DNA of 64,000 nucleotides from Tricharina praecox (Eukaryota): NCBI RefSeq assembly GCF_024521635.1, contig NW_026250410.1, positions 806,001 to 870,000 of the forward strand, read 5' to 3'. Shown piece by piece: positions 61,748 to 64,000 of this stretch (position 1 is its first letter; each line of letters starts with the position of its first letter). The notes under the pieces were generated by a model. It saw only the letters and a program-made list of their open reading frames with translations, ran no database searches and was not told where the DNA came from. The position numbers and the translations under genes were made by a program.

Positions 61748-63088
61748 CGTAGTTTTGGTAGGCGGGAAGTTTGCGGTGAGCGGTTGCGGAGAGGTGTATG
61801 GGATAGTTGTGAGGGGGTGATGGTTTGATCGTGAGGGTTGGAGACGAGTCCGCAGCCTGCTGCTGTGGCACTGTCTGGTAGATTATATATGACGCTGTGC
61901 TCGACCCGCAGTTTACCGCGCATCGGTGACCGACGAAAAAGCAAAAAACGCAACGGCGTATAGAGTAGTTCGGTGCTGGTTACATACCGGTACGCAGTGC
62001 ATAATTGGAGCACCTATCTACTTCACCGGGTCGATTTCCCATGCCCTGTCCGTGTAACCCGCCGGTAAGATCAGCTCCCAAGGATATCGAGCGCGCATGA
62101 GTCCCAACGATGCTTCTTCACCGCGCTGGTTTATACCGTACAGAAGGATAATTCCGACCCCAGCCCCGGTCCCGAGTCCACACGGCAGCTCCAGTATCTA
62201 GTCCGATGCAGAACTCCATTGAAGCCGAGCTCCTTCCCAACAGACCCAAATAGTAATACTACGGATGTCCAGACCTAATTACATACCAGCAGTGCTGACC
62301 GGTTTGAAAATCTGTCCAAACTGCATGCAACCGACTATGATGAAGGGAATATGAACCGAGCTGTATAAATAAGGAGCTAACAAGGTAGTTTGGTTTGCCG
62401 GTGAGAAGCAGCCAAACAGTTTGACCGGCAAAGTGGGATCAAATGGCGCACACGAGCGAGGCCTCGATGGTATGAGTCGAAGTGAAGCGAGTGTATGTAG
62501 GCCACCAATAATCGTGCATCGCAGCTGAGCGCAAGCGAGGTCGTTGAGAAAAGTTGGAATAGCCGCCATTCCTGAATCTCTAAAGCTATCCAGAATGACA
62601 CCTTGAACCAGATTTCCGATTCGCATGATCAACCGGATAAGCAGAATCCACGATGCCAACTAGGTACAATGCCCAAATCTACTTGGTCAACGATTCATTT
62701 GAACTAGAAAACCAATTCAAATTGAAGTTGCCCCATCGGCGGGCCAGTGCCTTCGGTGACTGGGGGAGAAGGAAAACCCAGAAAGTGCGTATATTGCCAT
62801 CATCTGGATAGTTCGCATGCAACTGAATGTTGTGATAAAAAATACTCTGCTGGCAAAAATCCCTAGAAGCACTTACAAATTGAAGCAAGCATGACAGAAG
62901 AACAAGAGAAGCGGAGAATCATTGTAAGAAAACAGACCAAAACAAGAAAGATTATCGTCGATCATTAAATTCCCAAATAACACGCACGCAGTAGTTAAAA
63001 TCTGATGAGAAATCGTCGGATATATATTTAGAATCACTGAGTCAAACCTATCCTTCGGTATGCGTCTACAGCACTGCAGGCAGATCCA

Positions 63089-64000
63089 TTAGTACGAATA
63101 ATCATGGGGTAGTAGCCAGAAGGAGACGGAAGGAGAGGAGGTGTAGAGCAACTGACATAGGTAATTTTTTATTATATACTCTGTCGTCACAGTCGAGGGT
63201 GTGTCTGCTCCGTCTGTCACTGAGCTCGCGGAACTTGGAGGAGCCGCCTCTATTTCGGGCCACAGAACGTTTTGGGTCGTACAGACAGCAGAAGCGCAGT
63301 GTGCTCGTTCGGGTCCGGAGATGTCAGTTCGAAAAGAGCGCATCTCGAAATATCGTCGCCACGATAGCAACTCAGTTTCGAGTTTGGCCTGGCGAGCCTG
63401 CGCAGCTGAAGCGCGAGCCAACGCGGCTGAAGCCCGTGTGTTGCCGCTGGTCAATGTCTCCGTAAGGCAATCGTTCCTCGTTTGCAATTGAAATACTGCT
63501 CTGGCCCAGGATTCACACCCTAGTTCCCGTTCCAGTGCGGTCTCATTATCGCGTTCCCGTAGTGCGGTCTTCAATTCGCTGAGCTCGGCCTGAACGACTT
63601 GGTGCTGTGCACATTGTTCTGTGGCATTCCGTTTCAGAGACTCGATCTCGGCCATGAGCGCGCTGCGCTCGACACAGAACTCTGAATTCTCAGCCCTCAG
63701 CTTCTTGATCACTTCAATCCCTCTTAGGAGCTTTGCGGCGTAAAGCCCTACAGCCGCAGACACCAGCACCTCTTCGGGAGTGGTAAGAGTGGTAAGCTGT
63801 TGCTGCTCGGAAGCCGATCCGTTGTCTGGGGGATGCTGTAGCGAGCCCGTGATGTTCTCCGTTTCCGTAGCCGCTTCAGATATCAACATGCCTCCTCGAG
63901 GAATCCTTTCCTCTCCATCCGCGCGCAGGGCACTATAGTCAGAAAGAGCGGTTTGATGGCCGGGAGCCGTCTCGATTGCCTGCGCAGTACTATCCTCGGT
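63089..64000 (-). CDS. Unknown coiled-coil protein, tandem paralog copy 4 (5' end outside the window)
   Basis: Frame is open from base 64000 (TEDSTAQAIET..) into ENITGSLQHPPDNGS..AAKLLRGIEVIKKLRAEN..SWRRYFEMRS..TPSTVT. Confidence 0.72.
   Translation of the reverse strand, partial: TEDSTAQAIETAPGHQTALSDYSALRADGEERIPRGGMLISEAATETENITGSLQHPPDNGSASEQQQLTTLTTPEEVLVSAAVGLYAAKLLRGIEVIKKLRAENSEFCVERSALMAEIESLKRNATEQCAQHQVVQAELSELKTALRERDNETALERELGCESWARAVFQLQTRNDCLTETLTSGNTRASAALARASAAQARQAKLETELLSWRRYFEMRSFRTDISGPERAHCASAVCTTQNVLWPEIEAAPPSSASSVTDGADTPSTVTTEYIIKNYLCQLLYTSSPSVSFWLLPHDYSY

Noticed and set aside
1..64000. tRNA or rRNA genes
   Set aside because: I recognised no cloverleaf with A/B boxes and no rRNA-like sequence by eye; tRNAscan-SE or Infernal would be needed to exclude them.

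Overview
Intron-rich filamentous ascomycete (Pezizomycotina) genomic DNA; no organism can be named from the sequence alone. The conserved backbone is: 3' end of a GH26 beta-mannanase with CBM1, a KRE2/KTR (GT15) mannosyltransferase, gamma-tubulin complex subunit GCP5, an F-box/LRR-like protein, an NRP1-like RRM/RanBP2-zinc-finger RNA-binding protein, a PH-domain protein, cysteine synthase, glycogen synthase, ADE2 and condensin subunit G. Two accessory regions stand out. (1) An island at about 18.6-25.3 kb holds an intact head-to-head gene pair whose start codons are only 200 bp apart. One gene encodes a HeLo-like N-terminus plus a degenerate kinase-C-lobe-like domain, and the other a C2H2 zinc-finger protein ending in eight near-identical 105-bp ankyrin repeats with a variable patch. 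Beside them lie the fused 3' remnants of what looks like an older divergent pair (TPR-like and ankyrin). This is my best candidate for an undescribed NOD-less sensor/executioner (allorecognition or immune) module. (2) From 54.3 kb to the window end is a tandem array of four paralogous coiled-coil genes I cannot assign to a family, one of them pseudogenised, with nested non-autonomous DNA transposons between copies 1 and 2. Exon boundaries were read by eye from GT..AG sites and branch points. Family names come from motif recognition, not from database searches.
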